Position numbers and translations under genes: made by a program. From the NCBI GenBank assembly GCA_046563655.1, contig CM102285.1, forward strand, positions 8,556,001 to 8,620,000: DNA of 64,000 nucleotides, given 5' to 3'. The stretch is from Yuukianura sp. NJ FZ-2021. Its lineage: Eukaryota. Below are positions 20,301 through 33,984 of this stretch, in pieces. Position 1 is the first letter of the stretch; every line of letters begins with the position of its first letter. The notes beneath the pieces are model-generated. The model made no database searches. It had not been told where the DNA came from and was given only the letters and a program-made list of their open reading frames with translations.

Positions 20301-23300
20301 CGAATCTGTTTCTTTTGTTAAGGACTTGAACTTGAAAAGCGCATCGTGGTTAGGTTATCGCATATTCGTAAGAATTTGAAGCGTTCTACATAACAAAAAC
20401 AGATTATTTTGGCGATGACTTTTGGTGGTTCAAAGTATTTCCTGATGACGCGCCTTTCTAGTGCACAAAAACGAACAAACGGAAACAGATTCGAAACGTT
20501 TTTTCCTGCTCAAAGTTTTGTTTTGTGAGTTCCTGGGAACTTCCCCTTGGAAGTCCAGTGGATCTGGTGGTGCGAAGATGGAGCTAGTTGATTGCGTGTA
20601 GTTTTTAGGCTGTCACTTCCTACAGTAGACGCTTCTAGCCCTATTCTGTCCAGAAGCATAGTTGAGGCGCTGTGGCTGGAAGAAGTGTGAGAAGCAAGGA
20701 TGATTCGGTATAACTTGTGATAAATTCAGCTCCAAATCGTTTCCTTTCTCACATTGATACCACGAAAGTCCTCGGCTTGGAAGAGACCATGACCGTGAGA
20801 ATCACTTCTTCTTTTTGCAACAAATCTTCAGACTTGGAGGCGCTGACAAGGCGCATAGAGAATCCTACGTTTTACTATAGAGTCTTGACCTCCTTCAATT
20901 TGATACAAAAACTCTCAAGACAAAAGTGGTTCATTCAATGACGAAATATTTCAAAACAAAAGGCATTTCGCATTCGCTAAAAATTTACAACTAAAAATAT
21001 CCTCACTTTCATTTCCAACTGGCTTCATTTCATGTTTTTGGAAAAAAAAAATGACGAAATCTCCATAAACTTCTCCAGATTTACAAGAATTCAGGGGAAT
21101 GCTTTTCCCAGTAAAAAAAAATATTTTTCTATTTTCCAGAATTTTGACTTTTTAGAAAAACGTCATGGAATGTTGTTCCTTGCTAGTTTGAAAGTTGACC
21201 CACTTTTCCTGTTTTCCTACCGTGAATTACGCCTTTGGTAGTAAGTAGTATACGAAATGGGACTAAAATTATGATTCTTTGTCAGATTGTACTTGACTCT
21301 GCTTTGCGGTTCACCATAAACTTCCGTTGAAAAGACAGGAAAAAATCCCTTATTCAACTTACTCAAAAGTCCAAAACTGATTTTACAAACATTTCGTTTT
21401 ATGATTAAAGGAGTGAATGGAGTTTCCTCTTATTTTGTTCAAAATTGTAAAAAACGTGAATTGATAAAGCTTGGCTCTAAAGTGGGCTTGAGATCCCTGT
21501 TGAGGATGTGCAAAAGAAGATTAGGGGATTTATTGCAAATGCAGATAAAGTAAAATAACCGCAAGATGATTAAGAAAGGATTTGGTGTGGTTTTTTGCTT
21601 ATTTCGACGAAATATCTCACAATGTCAATTTTTGCAAATTCCACTTCCAATTTCTTTCATTTGCATTCCTGCAGTTTTTTTTTTGTATTCATTCATCGGT
21701 CAATCATCTCTTGCTCTCCAATTGCACCAAACAGTGCTATGAAACGATTAAACGAATTGCTTATTGAGAGTATGGCTTTTATTTTTTCACTTTGACAAAT
21801 TGCGTTTAATTAAAACTTAGGATTCAACTGTAGCGGTACGCCAAAATTCCGTACTGCCCACGATTTGTATAATTTAGCGTTGTAAAATCAACGCCATTAT
21901 AAAAATTTTCAAACATAAATGCGCGTTTCCCCTTGAAACTTTTATCAGATTCGTCTGTCTCATAGTGAACCTCGAGCCGAGTTATTCCTAAAACGAAGAT
22001 TTCGCTTGGCTAGGGGCATAAAGTAATGATTTTCTTCCGAAATTTTCGAAATTGGAAATACCGAGTTACCTGGAAGTCGGTCAAAGTGACACTGAATCGA
22101 CGCATTGTCGTTGTAACTGGAGTTGCATTGCGTGTGAACAGGTTCCAATGTTATTTCAGTTTTATGTTGTTTGAATGTGCCTAGATCAGTTGTTGCCTTC
22201 TAAATTTTTTCTCCATGTATGGCTTATCCAAGTCAGAATTAAAGTGATTCCGGATGACATGACCTCCAAAAGTAGATGAGAAAGTATTCGATGTCAAGCG
22301 GAAATAAGGTTTCATTTCCAACAAATTTCAGTTGAACATGAATTTTGAGAAAAAAAAATCTGGAACAATTGCTACAACTTTAAGGCTTCCTTCATTCATT
22401 TTCACACAGCACCGGTCTTTTATTAGTGGTAAAAAATTGTGAAAGTTTAAAAACCAGTAGAACGACCAAATCATTTTAAGCTTTTTTTTTGTTATAGTAC
22501 TTAACCTTAGTGTAATTCCAGGAGTTGAGCAATAAAATTTAAACAGGACTTAAACAGTTTTAAGAGCAGGACCAAAGGGTTTTTCCTTGGGAAATGAGAC
22601 ATCTTAACTTTAATTTCCTCTTGACTTGGGTTTATGGCTTCTTCGGTTGACCATTTTGCTGTCACAGGCTCTTTAAATCTTCCGCAAAAGAAAGCTACCA
22701 CTTTGCCCTGCCTCCCTGTCTTCAACTACTAAAACTTTACTCTCTTTGTGTCTAAAACAATTTGGAACAGGCAGTTTCAACAAACCTTCATCGACTACTA
22801 CTGCAGAGGATAGGACCAGTTTGCGTGAGACCATAAAGTACTAAAACTGTCTCCGCTTCGGTTACGAAATGTCCTTCGTGAATCCCAAAATCAAAAATCT
22901 AGCTGACCTTTCATCCATTCTAACAGAAACAGTCAAACTTCCAAAAATTGAGGTCAAGGAAATGCATATTTGAAATCCAAAATTTTAAAATTCAACAATG
23001 CCGTTACAACGTCTAGGCTAGGAACGTGTTGGACATTTAAACGCAGGAAGATGAGTCGTTTTGGGTTTAGCGGTTTTGCTCTGCCCAATAATAAGTTATT
23101 GGGTTATGGCGGCTGGGTCTAGCGGCTAGCCGCTAACAGTTTTTAATTGAGTGTATGTACTGTGTGCCTCCAGTAGTAAGTACTAGTAACTTTATGCTTT
23201 CATTTTGGTGGTCCACCAGTGAAAGTGGTCACTTCGGGTGGTGGGTTTAACTTCCGACCACGAGTCGTTGGCTTCCCTTTGCTGGATAAGTTGGTTTGAA

Positions 23301-26300
23301 TGGCGAACCAAAGTCCCGCCAGAGAATGCGGTAGTGGCCGTGGTGGTGGTGGCGGTGGGATGAGGGGAGGGGAAAGTTCTTTGACGCCATTAAAGTGAAA
23401 GTTCCCTCCCTCCTTTCCCCTACGTTGAACGTTGGATGTAAGCCTTTGAGTGTCTCCTAATGTGATTACTCATGATGAATCCTCCTACCCTATTTCACAT
23501 TCTATCCACCAACTACACAACTACTGCCAGCAGCAGCATCTCCAATGGACCAAATACGTCTCTGCCAACAGAAAATGGAGGAAGGGAACATGCGAGGGTG
23601 ACAGGAGGGAAAGTTCAAATTCCTTTTCAGCTCAACCAGCGAAAGCTCTGGAGAAGCCTCGTGGATCCATAAATCGTGCGCCTTGATGCGCAAGCTGTCT
23701 CCCGTTTTCCACAGCAGCACCAAAACTCTCCACTTTCTCTCGGTTTTGGTGGAACTTCTAACCAAGGATATTTTGGTAGCCAAGAGATCTGTAGAATTTG
23801 AGGCATTTGAAGCCAGAAAACATTTTTGAGGAGAGTTCCGTTATAATTTAGTACGAAATAAGTCGGCTCTAGTCTAAAGCCAAGAAACGCCAAAGGGGGA
23901 AAGTTGAAAATGAAAGTTCTGAATCGGCTCTTCACTTGAGCTGGATTTTATTAACAAGGTTCATTCGAAGTTGAAAGTGGAAGTAAAAGTTGGTTCAGTT
24001 GTATCTTTTGTTCTGACTAACTCTGCCAAATCACTTCCTAGTTGTATACTAATGATGAACCTAATCAAAAGCTCTCCCTCGAGACTCTAGCACAAGTTCA
24101 ACTTCCCCCTTTTAATCAGCCCAAATAAAATCGTCTTTGCTGGAGTTCGCTTGCTGTGACGCAGACCAAACTGTTACAAAGACCCCACACGCGTGACCTT
24201 TCAATTGAAAACTGTTTCAAATTACAGCAGCTTAAGTTGAAAACACCTTGCATGAGTCTGGGACCAGACAATAAAATGATATTCCTTGTGTTGTCTCTAT
24301 GAATTCAAGCGATAAATTCGAATCATAAAAAAGTTTTCCAAAAAATTGATAGATGAGTTTATTCATCTCAGTTTTGGCTCAAAATAGAAAGGCACGGAAG
24401 GAGGAAGTGAATGATGGGAAAAAGTGTGCGAACTTGTTTTTGAATTCAGTTTAAAAATTGGACAAGAATGGGAGTTTATCACCGGGCGGGACACGGGATG
24501 GATGATAACTTTGATGGTTATGGGTCTGCCTGAAGAGATTGGTCCCTATTAGACACGGACTCATCACTTCTTGTTGTTGTGCTCTTCCTATTGTCATTTG
24601 GTTCTGGTCCCTTGGTGAATAATTGGGAAGAGATGAACTTCAAATGGATTGTTGTCATGCAAGGGCTCAAAATAAGTCTCTCTCTCCTAAGGATCCCATG
24701 GCCTCGACAACAATGATGAAACTGGGATCCAACAATGTAGTCACTGAGTCAGGCCGAATGGATCCGATACGCATAGGGGTGGCCCCTTCCAAGTCCCTTG
24801 ACAAGCAGTGACCAGCCGCTTTCTCACCTTCTTTTCTTAATTATTCTCATCAATTAAACTCTCCTTGAGCGTCACCTCACTTTTCATTAAGAAAGGCCGT
24901 TTCATCTTTGTCACTTTCCTTTGATCTCACCAGAGAAAGCAAGAGCCAGGACGGTTAGACTAGGGAAATGACTACACAAGCTTCACTCGAGGGGGCTTGA
25001 CTTCTGAAAATGATGTTTGATCATTACGAGAAGTGACTGAAGCGTTGACGCTTCCCAGTTCCAGAGGCGTGAAAATAAGAAAGGTCAGCGTGACTCCGAC
25101 CCCTGAGACTATGTAGACTGTGTGACTTGTCACTCCAGGGAGTCCTAGACCCCTTCGCTCCAGGAAAAGTCTCCTGACGCTTCCATTCGAGATCGAAATC
25201 CGGAAAGTGACATTTTACCCGGGTTCGGTGTATAGCTCCACGTCAGTCTCAGAGGCAAAGGGGCCAAGTTAATCACACGGCAGACATTTGATTTAAAAAA
25301 AGACGTGGAATGGGATAGCATAGGGGAGAAAGTTAGAATTGGAAATGACTTTGATTTTAACTTGGGAAGGAAAGCATCTGGTGACAACTGGAAAAATTGC
25401 AATAAAAGCAGCAACTCGTTTTCCCTTGCTGCTTTGTTTTGATTTGCAAAGAGTTGATTAATGGGCTAAATCAGGAAGTAATAGATGATATGTTAAGGAG
25501 AAAAGAGAAATTACCATGATCCATTGTTAGGTTAGTTTTAAACCATAGGTTATAACTACTGTTCATCAAATGGGATATGTTAGGGTAGGGACGCAGAGTA
25601 ATGGGTTAATTTCTGTCTATAAACGATAACCCCTTCCTAAAATCAGTGTTTTCACTTTTGTTCAAATAGGAAAATCGGAACAGTTTTTTTAAGTGTCCAA
25701 TCCATATGGCTCCTGTTTTTTAGTGAATCGAAGGGAATATGAAATGAAAGCAAACGTTTAGCGAAGCAGGGGTCAGACCAAAGAGTCATTTTCCCCCAAG
25801 GGGCCTATTTCTAAAAAAAATGAGTTTTTTGAACTTTTTTTGGGGCAGAATCAGTAAGTGGAATGAATTATTTTTGTTTCCGTTTTTTGAAAAGAAAAGT
25901 TTGGGATGTTTCCGGTGGAAGACTGTAGAGCTTCAGGGTATTTTCTCTCGCCTAAAAAACTATAACAAGGAAAACGACAAAGATTTTTATGTTTGTGTTG
26001 AATTTTTTTCGGGTTTTGGCCTAGAGCAATGCAGTTACCTTATTTTTTGGTTCTTTTTAAAAAGTGAATGCAAATCGATGAGAAAATGTTAAAAATCAAA
26101 AATGAAATTCCGAAGGTATTCATTTTCTTTAAAATTTCGTAACCTATAATTTCAGTTTCCTTTATTTCGAATTTTGTTGCAATGATTTAGAGGTCGAAGG
26201 GTTCCAAAGTCCTCTTGTCTCTTTTTGCTGATTCTATTTTGTAGAAAGTGACGAAGGTCAAAGGGCGTGTCAGCCTGTCACTATTTTGAGACAACGCAAC

Positions 26301-29300
26301 TATTCCTAGTCTCCCTTAATCGCAACAAGTAAACTTAACAATAAATTGAATTAAAGAAAAAGTGTAACAATGGAACATTTTTAATTCAGAAGCTCAAAAA
26401 TATTGGGAGGATATTTTGATGGAATGGTTTTGAAATGTTGGTTGTAAACTTGCCACTTTCTGGAGCATGGGAACTGAAGTTGTGTTACTCAAGGAAAGGC
26501 GTCACTTCCCTTGTCACTCTTAGAAATCAAAAGTTGAGGATGTAATAGAGTGTGACAATTTGAGTCAAATATTGTTTGTGCCTTCAAAGGAGAGGACTTA
26601 AAGGGTTACCCACTGCGTCCTGGGCCCTTTGATTTCCTTCTGAATAACCCCTTTGTGCCTTCTCCCTCCAATGTCACTCCACAATGGGACAGAGAGGACG
26701 GGGAGACTTGGAAATGGACAATGGGTTCCCTGCCTACCTCACGTAACAATCAAAATTATGTCCAGAATCAACTCACTGTCAACAGTAAAGAACCGGAGGA
26801 GGAATTGTAGAAATTCGATTGATTAAAGCCTTTTTTGAAGAAAGAAACCGAAAAAAAAATCGGCAAAGAAAAGAAGACTCAACAAATCAAATTAACGTTG
26901 ATTTTTGATTTTCAAAACATTCTTATTAAAACGAACCAAAAACAAAACCTTACTGAATTTTACAAATCTTGTCATTACGTAAAAGAATTAAAGTAAGAAG
27001 TGGAAGAAAACTTTACACAATGTGGAACTTCAACTTCAACATTCATTGTTGCAACTTTTGGAATTCGGTTCGTGTTCTCCAAACACAAATTCCCCGTACT
27101 CTGAAAATGTTCTGACAAGAACTCGGAATTAGTATTATAAAGTGATCAGTGAACAAAGTTTGCTGATTTAGACAACTTTTTACATAGGTACGCATATGAA
27201 CGTAAGTTTTACTGGTAGTGGTGACAGCAACATTTTTAAAATTCTACAATTCGGTTTTTAGACAACCTAGCTACACTACACCTTGACATGTGACGTACCT
27301 TTCAAAACTAAAATTGATTCAGGAAGCACATTGGGTTGTGTTTAAAAAAAAATGCTTTTGATGTCGTCGCTTCGTTTTGCTGCTCCTCCTAATTGAGCTG
27401 AGAGAAATGAAAAGAATAGAAATTTCCAATTTTCCACTTGATCAAATAAAATCAAAAACAATTTTTATGGGAACCCTTTTCTCCATTTGATTTCATTTTT
27501 TATCCAAAAAACGAAAAGGCCCCGTATCGAATAATATTGCTCAGCTCCACGTTACAAAATGGAGGCCAGCGACATTTCATTCCCGTTGTGTCCTTTCATA
27601 TCAAAAGATGTCCATTCGGCACGGTTCCTTGATTCAAGAAATTTATGGGTTGGACACCATGCGGGGTCCGTAGTCAGAGCATGTCCAGTTCCCGTCGTCA
27701 GGTCACACTTGGTTAGGCCTTACACAAACAATCAGTTCCATCCTCCACAACACTTTCCATTAAAAAGCAGCACAGCGATTCCGGGACAGCTGAAAAATCC
27801 TTGCCAATTGAAGTCACTGTTCAATTACAAATTGCGCTCGATTGCAAGTCTTTTAGTCCAGGATGACATGTACACTTCTGGTTCAGGTGCCCCTGATGTC
27901 TCCATCTCTCTTGTCCTAGTAGGTTTGAGGGACAAGGGCTCTTTGGTCAAGGGCCCTTCATCTCGCCTCGCTGAATTGGAACCAAAGTCATGGACCTTAT
28001 GGAGTAACTTTACCCTCCAAATTCAAATTGAATCCGTTCAAGAGCTGATCAATCAGAATCTGAATGGAACCGAGCTTTCCTTGTTTTGGTACATAAACTG
28101 TTCAAAGTACTGTTGAAATTGATAAGCGTCAGAACGCAGAGGGTGGCATTAGGGCTCCCTTCAGTTGCCCTTTCTGTTGTCCCTCGAATAACAAAGTTGT
28201 CGTTTAAGTTGCCAAACTGTCTAAACTAGGTTCAAATAAAGTTTGAAGCACAACCGAAGCGAAGAGAGGTTGTTGGTTCATTTAGAAAATTCTGAAGTGT
28301 TTGAACTTAATGTCATTATTTACCTCATCCCGAGACCCTGTCATCAACCCCTATTCAAATGGAAATCCGCTTTTCCCACCACCTTTCCAAAGCCTCTAAT
28401 TACGCAGGATGCAAAACTGGAAATGGAAGGAACGCTTTGTTGATTCCAAAGCACAAAAACCGTTTGGATTCAACTTCAGATTGAAAGAGATTCAAATTGA
28501 AATTATTTTGACCCTTGAACATTGAAAACTGGCAAATCCACTATAAATAAACCGTTTGTGTCGATTTTTCATTCGTTTATTGAATTCTACTCATCGTCTG
28601 TTACATCGTGGCTAGTAACCTCAGCCGCAGCGGTGTGTTATGGTTTTCAGTATTCGGTTTCTGGCATAACCTAACTTAACTTTGTCTTGTGCCAGTCAAG
28701 CGCAAAGCATCTCTTTAAGCGGATTTGAAAAACGTAATGAAAGCAAAGTCAGGTTTTACGGAGGTTTCATTTCTCGAAATCACAACAATGGAAAGTATTG
28801 TTTCCATTGGATAACCTTTATGCCAAAATCCCTTTTGACTTGTCACTTTCTCTGACGCAGAGGAGCTCCAGCAGTTGTTGACGACATTGTCGATTGTGAA
28901 TTGTCCCACATATGCATAAGGGTCGCTAGATGTGTTAACAATAGCCTTGAACTTTCCTTTGCGTAACAATGACAGAGACATGCATGCATGTTATTATTAA
29001 AATCCCAGGGGTTTTTGAACCTACCGAGACTTTGACACGATGCTGCCACACCTTTCCGAACATTTTTACATTTACAAAAAGTTTAAGCTATGGAAATAAT
29101 CAAAATTGGAAGAATGCTGACAAGACTTTTGTTCCGAATTCTTTTCAGGTTCACTTGAGATCACATTTTATAATGAATGGTGTTTGCGTACGATGGCGAG
29201 GTTGGCTTGACTTGGACAGGCTTGATGGTATTGGATGTCTCGAGTACGACGAAGAGTTTGCACAAGTAAATTCAATTTTGGGAATTATACAATTTGAAGT

Positions 29301-32300
29301 AAAATCTTAAAATGAATTTTGTCATAATTTTAAAATTTTGCATTTCAGATAGAAGATGCCAGTCTCCGTGAACAAATTGAACGGTACAATCAGCGAATTC
29401 GAGACTTTGAAGAAAAGAATCGCGTCTTCTGTGGTCAACAAGCGGAGAGGATTGAAGCTGAACTAATCGATGTAAGTTTTAAGCTAAAATGTAAAAAAAA
29501 AACTAAGCTAAAAGTTAGCTTGTTATAAACTTCTTTTTTTTTTAAACCTTGAAAATCGTCCGGATTCTCCGTTACCGCGAGATTTCGGTTTTCGTTTTGA
29601 TAAACTAGAGCAGCACTTTGACTTTTCTTCTCTTGAAGGCATTCGAAAAGCCCCTTAAGTGTCCTCTCATCCTTAACGTCCTGTTTCAAGTCATGTTCGT
29701 CATTGATCCGAGACTGTTTTGTTACACAACAACAGAGAAGGGAGCCACTTGAAGGCCTCGGCGTCAAGGGCCCTTGAATCTCCTTCAGACGTTAAGGCTG
29801 GCCAGCCTTAAGGGCTAATTTTTGAAAAAGAGAAGCCCTTTTAGCAATAATAACAAAACAACACAATTCATTCATTTTACAACACTTCGGTCCAGTTGGA
29901 AACAGTTTAGGAAACAAAAGAGTCATAAAACCAAAGGAGCCCTTAAGTCCCCTCCTTCCAAATTGTCTACTCAATAAATCTCCTTAAAAGTGTCAATTGA
30001 GTCGTCACAAGTCGCAGATGAGGTCCAAGGGTCCGAGCATTGGTTGCGGAGGAGTGACCTCTCTGACCAGAAAGAGGGCGGATGGACATCGATTCCCAAT
30101 TGTCACGGAGACCCTTAAGTCCCTTCCCAAATGGTTTTACAACAATATCCTCCTCACCAGCACGCAAAAGCATCTTAATTTGACCCCTTTCACTTTTCCG
30201 TTCAGAACAAAGCGTCTTAGGATATGCACTGGACCAAAACCAAGGGCCACTTGTTGTGACCCTTGGTGACCTTTAAGGGCCAGGTTGGATCAATGTCTAA
30301 TCCAATTCGTAGCAATTTGTCGTTCGTGGAGGTCCGTTACAACTGTTCGATGTGTGTGTATGTTTGGATTTGAGACCCTTTTAAGGCTTGTCTAAGTTCC
30401 TTTGAAGCGTTAAATTGAGCCTGAACGCCGCTTGCCGGCTTGCTCTCAAATGAGAGAGGCCGTGCCGATTTTTGAAATTTAAAAATTCAAAATTTGAGGC
30501 TCTTGTGTCGTGTCAGAGTTCATGTTCGTCTGGCACTTGTGCCGAAATGCTTCCCGTGGTGACAAAAGGACACTGTAACATTTCATATTCATACTTTGTA
30601 ACAAGTGTAAAATGAGGCGGCTGTCACATTAGTTTCATCAAAAGAACGGAAAGGCGCGCTTTCTCCTCTTCTCCGTATTCAAATGTTCCCTGGAAATGTA
30701 AATTATGCAAGGGCTGTTGTGGGGGGCCCTTGGAGCGGTGAAAACTTTGTGACATGTCAAGAGTAGAGTTCAAATTTCCCAGTGCAGGTTTGTTGATGGA
30801 AGGCCCTTGATGTCACCAGGATCAAATTAAGAAAGTGATCACAAAGGGACCCCATGTCACACACTCGTTTCTGTCGCTTTTTTAGCCTTCCGAGCGCCAA
30901 ATTTTGAATCTATTCAAGGGCCCTTAGCAAGTGGATACTTTCTCACTCGCTTTCTCCTCGTCCTCCATCTGTTTATTTCAAAGAAACTCATTTAATTCAA
31001 ATTCGGATTTGTTTACATTCAAGCTCAAAGTTTTTTTGGACGCTAAAAAATGGAAATGTCCCACTTGTTTAGCCAAAAGATGAGCAGCTCCAGCTCTGAA
31101 ATCCAAAGCTGAGCTGAAATTATAAAGTGATCAATACAACCTTTGTTCTGATTTCTATGAGTTCATTTCTCAACTTCAAAGAATTTAATTAACAACTCCG
31201 TTTTTCCTCACCGTCATCAGGAAAGGAGAACAATTAATTTAAATTAAAAACTTAACTTTGAACTCCGATCTCAATTTGGACGGTAAAGTCTTTGGAGTTT
31301 TCCACGGATCCAATTTTCCCGTGAAAAAGGCTTGGAGGCAGGAGAAAGTCTATTTGAAAACGGAGAAAGCATTTTCAAACAAAAGGAAATAGGATATCCA
31401 AGGGCGTGTAGGCTTTGAATTCTGTGTAGAAGGGGCCTTCTCATTTAAAAATTCTTGGAATATTACGTATGTTCATATGGTATGGCGGATCCAGGGATTC
31501 TGAACATTCTAAATTGTTTTGTTGAATTTGAATCCCATTGTTCCATGGTTTAAATTCTGCTGTTCCATCGTATATGGAAGAGGGTTAACTTCAATTCGTG
31601 CCAGTTCGGATGTATGAATATTAATCAAATTCATACGAGGCGTGAGCTTTACAATTATCTCAGTTTTTTAATTTCCAAATTCTATTCTTTTCCAATTTTG
31701 CATTTTTCTCATTGTGAATTTATTTACATAGAAAAGTAATAGTAGAAGAGCACATTGTGCAGGGAGAAAGCTGTTAATTGTTGGAATATGAAACAAGTGT
31801 GTGTCATCTGAGATGATTATCCGCTGCTCGCGGAACATCATGTTGCAATTTTGAATTGAATTTATCGAATCTTCTCTGTTTCTAATCCAGGAAGATTAAA
31901 AAGGCAGAGGATTCATAAATCTCTTCAGAATTAATGTCACTTTTGAACAATTCAATGTCGTTAACCCTTTCACTCGTCGTCAATTCCATAGCTGTAAGCA
32001 TTTGCAAGGAATGATATCCAAAACAAACACGTTATGAAGATATTAAAATAGGTTTTGGGAAGCGTTTTGTGCATAATCTGCGACTACAGAATCTGCGACC
32101 ATCGAGGGGAAGCTGCTGTAAGCGCCGCTTGTTTCCCATCAACACTTGTGTTCTATTCAAATATAGAAAAGCTCAATGCCCTCGCTTTTTGGATCCAAGT
32201 GTACTTAATTGCTGTTGATTTAAAATATTCTGGATTAGAATATGCTGGATTAGGTGTTTGCTGGAAGCTACGCTTCAGTTGTCAGGATATAATAGGGTGA

Positions 32301-33446
32301 AAACAGGACACTTTACAACGACAAACGCTTTAGCATTCACACCTACAAAGCTCCAAATCCATCGGCCTCATTCAATTATTTGTGACAGGACATCTGAGCT
32401 AACACGGACGTCGATGTTCTTTTGTGCATTACATATTTATGTAAAAACTTAGGACTAATTCGCAACATTCGCTAAAAACTTCTTTTTTTACTCCAAGTAC
32501 GCATTAAGTAGCCTGCTTTGTCCAGAATTTAGGAGTTGGGATTACGGTTTATAGTTGCAACTGCAAAATCCGATATTAAGCTGCATGGCCACGAATTTGC
32601 AATTGAGCTGAATTGAAAAGGAGATTATAAATTTAGCACATTGCAAATTGAATCCATCAAGTTATGCCAAAAGGTTTTGCTGCTCATATTTACTTTGGCA
32701 AAGCGTTAGTAAGCTGGATCCATTAGGTTTGAGACTGAAATGACTTGAAAGTTTGAGGCAGACGTTGAGAGATGATGTGCTGTAACTAATATTAGAATGC
32801 AAGGGAGATGACATGGGTCATAAGTCATGAACTTTGTTCTTAAGGGCGTCACGCCCACTAAAAGGAAATGACAAAAATGGAACTGCACAAGAGGGGAGAG
32901 AAGTTTCTTTCTTTTCAAACTTTCCCCTCTGCTCCTTGTTCAATTCATTTGAAAATGGAGAAAAAATTGAGTATTTTTTCTCTTTTTCAAAAAAATACTA
33001 TGATTATGACCATTTCTCATGTGATAATTATTGTGCGAACACCGGGGGGAGCACAACAGACTGCAAAGAAACGGAAAATTTAAAGGATTTGATTCCCTTG
33101 TATAATTTTCGATGCGTTTCGGCCTACTGTTCCAATTTTTTTAATTTTTTGGTTTTCTAAATGTTTGCTCTGAATTACTAATTTGGCTCTAATTGAAATC
33201 CCCACCCAAAACAAATTAATGACAAGGTCTTGTCCATTGTCCATTATACTCTAAAAGAATAGACCAACTGCTCACTCTGCTCTGATTAATGACCTCTGAG
33301 GTCAAATGTAGAAAAAGCTTTTTTTAAAAAGTGTTTTTGAACAAAAATGCCTCATACTCATCTAACCAATTTCTTCTCTTTGTTGTTTCCAGAGAAAAAA
33401 GACGGAAGTATCCGTAGCCGTGACTGGAATGACAATGTCGCACTGA
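11366..33446 (+). CDS. CBFB: Core-binding factor beta subunit (Big brother/Brother; Runx partner), about 251 aa, 6 coding exons
   Basis: Exons 11366-11629, 12576-12662, 14423-14533, 29149-29265, 29349-29471, 33393-33446, all phase 0 GT-AG: ...PKPRFYFKMPRVVPDQKNKFESDELFRRLSRESE|VRYTGFRDRPQEERQMRFQNGCREGHTEV|AFVATGTNLQLVF...DFDKEPGK|VHLRSHFIMNGVCVRWRGWLDLDRLDGIGCLEYDEEFAQ|IEDASLREQIERYNQR...ELID|RKKTEVSVAVTGMTMSH*. The CBF-beta domain is clear; the start ATG and last exon are less certain. Confidence 0.95.
30206..30220 (+). other. Candidate alternative terminal exon of CBF-beta (adds NKAS-stop)
   Basis: Strong acceptor cttaatttgacccctttcacttttccgttcAG (AG at 30204-30205); phase-0 reading AAC AAA GCG TCT TAG. 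Confidence 0.35.
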
Positions 33447-33978
33447 TGTCAACCATAATGTCGCCAAGTTCAGCTGAACAGCGCCAGCGCAATTCATCTA
33501 AACAATCCAAACGTATTTGTTTCAACTCCAAGGTCACCGATGTTCCTGATGACCATTTGAACTGCCCCTAAACTTCTTAAAATATCATCAATTTCCTCAA
33601 AAATCAAATTGAACTTAAAAGCTACCAATTTCCAGAAACAGGTTTTTTAGAATTTTAGAATTTTTTTTAGAATAGTAAAGTTTCCACAAGGCAAAAGGTT
33701 GTACTGCCTCCTGTTTAATTCCAACAGTTACTTTTTTGACTACAGATTCAAATTGCGTTGAGAGAAATACTAATCGTTACTATTTAGACTTTTGTGCGTA
33801 CTAGTTATGCGAGTACTTAAGGTTAGGTTTAATTCGTATCGTTCACTCTGCAAGATGTATCGTTGTAAATCATACACTTGAGAAATCCTATGTTACATGT
33901 AAAACACATCTTGTGAGCAATTCCGAAGGCATGGCGTACTACTAATTAATACATTGACTATAGCTAACTTAAATTATG

Positions 33979-33984
33979 AATAAA
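33979..33984 (+). terminator. Candidate polyadenylation signal of CBF-beta
   Basis: AATAAA about 530 nt after the predicted stop. Confidence 0.4.

Noticed and set aside
19100..20329. Cluster of 63-117 aa ORFs in CBF-beta intron 3 as a nested gene
   Set aside because: No recognisable domain, mostly non-ATG starts, no consistent splice chain.
24712..25106. Box C/D snoRNA-like motifs (ATGATGA...CTGA)
   Set aside because: Spacing too short or box C degenerate, no terminal stem, no identifiable rRNA guide.
26245..26328. Strong acceptor in CBF-beta intron 3 suggesting a poison exon
   Set aside because: Only weak donors follow and such acceptors are common in AT-rich introns.
27559..28116. 185-aa intronic ORF
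   Set aside because: No recognisable motif; overlaps the non-coding AAGGGCCCTT clusters; plausible chance ORF.
33395..33571. Longer reading frame for the CBF-beta last exon (KKDGSIRSRDW...)
   Set aside because: Needs a GAG acceptor 2 nt downstream of the stronger CAG; the CAG frame fits the phase-0 donor.
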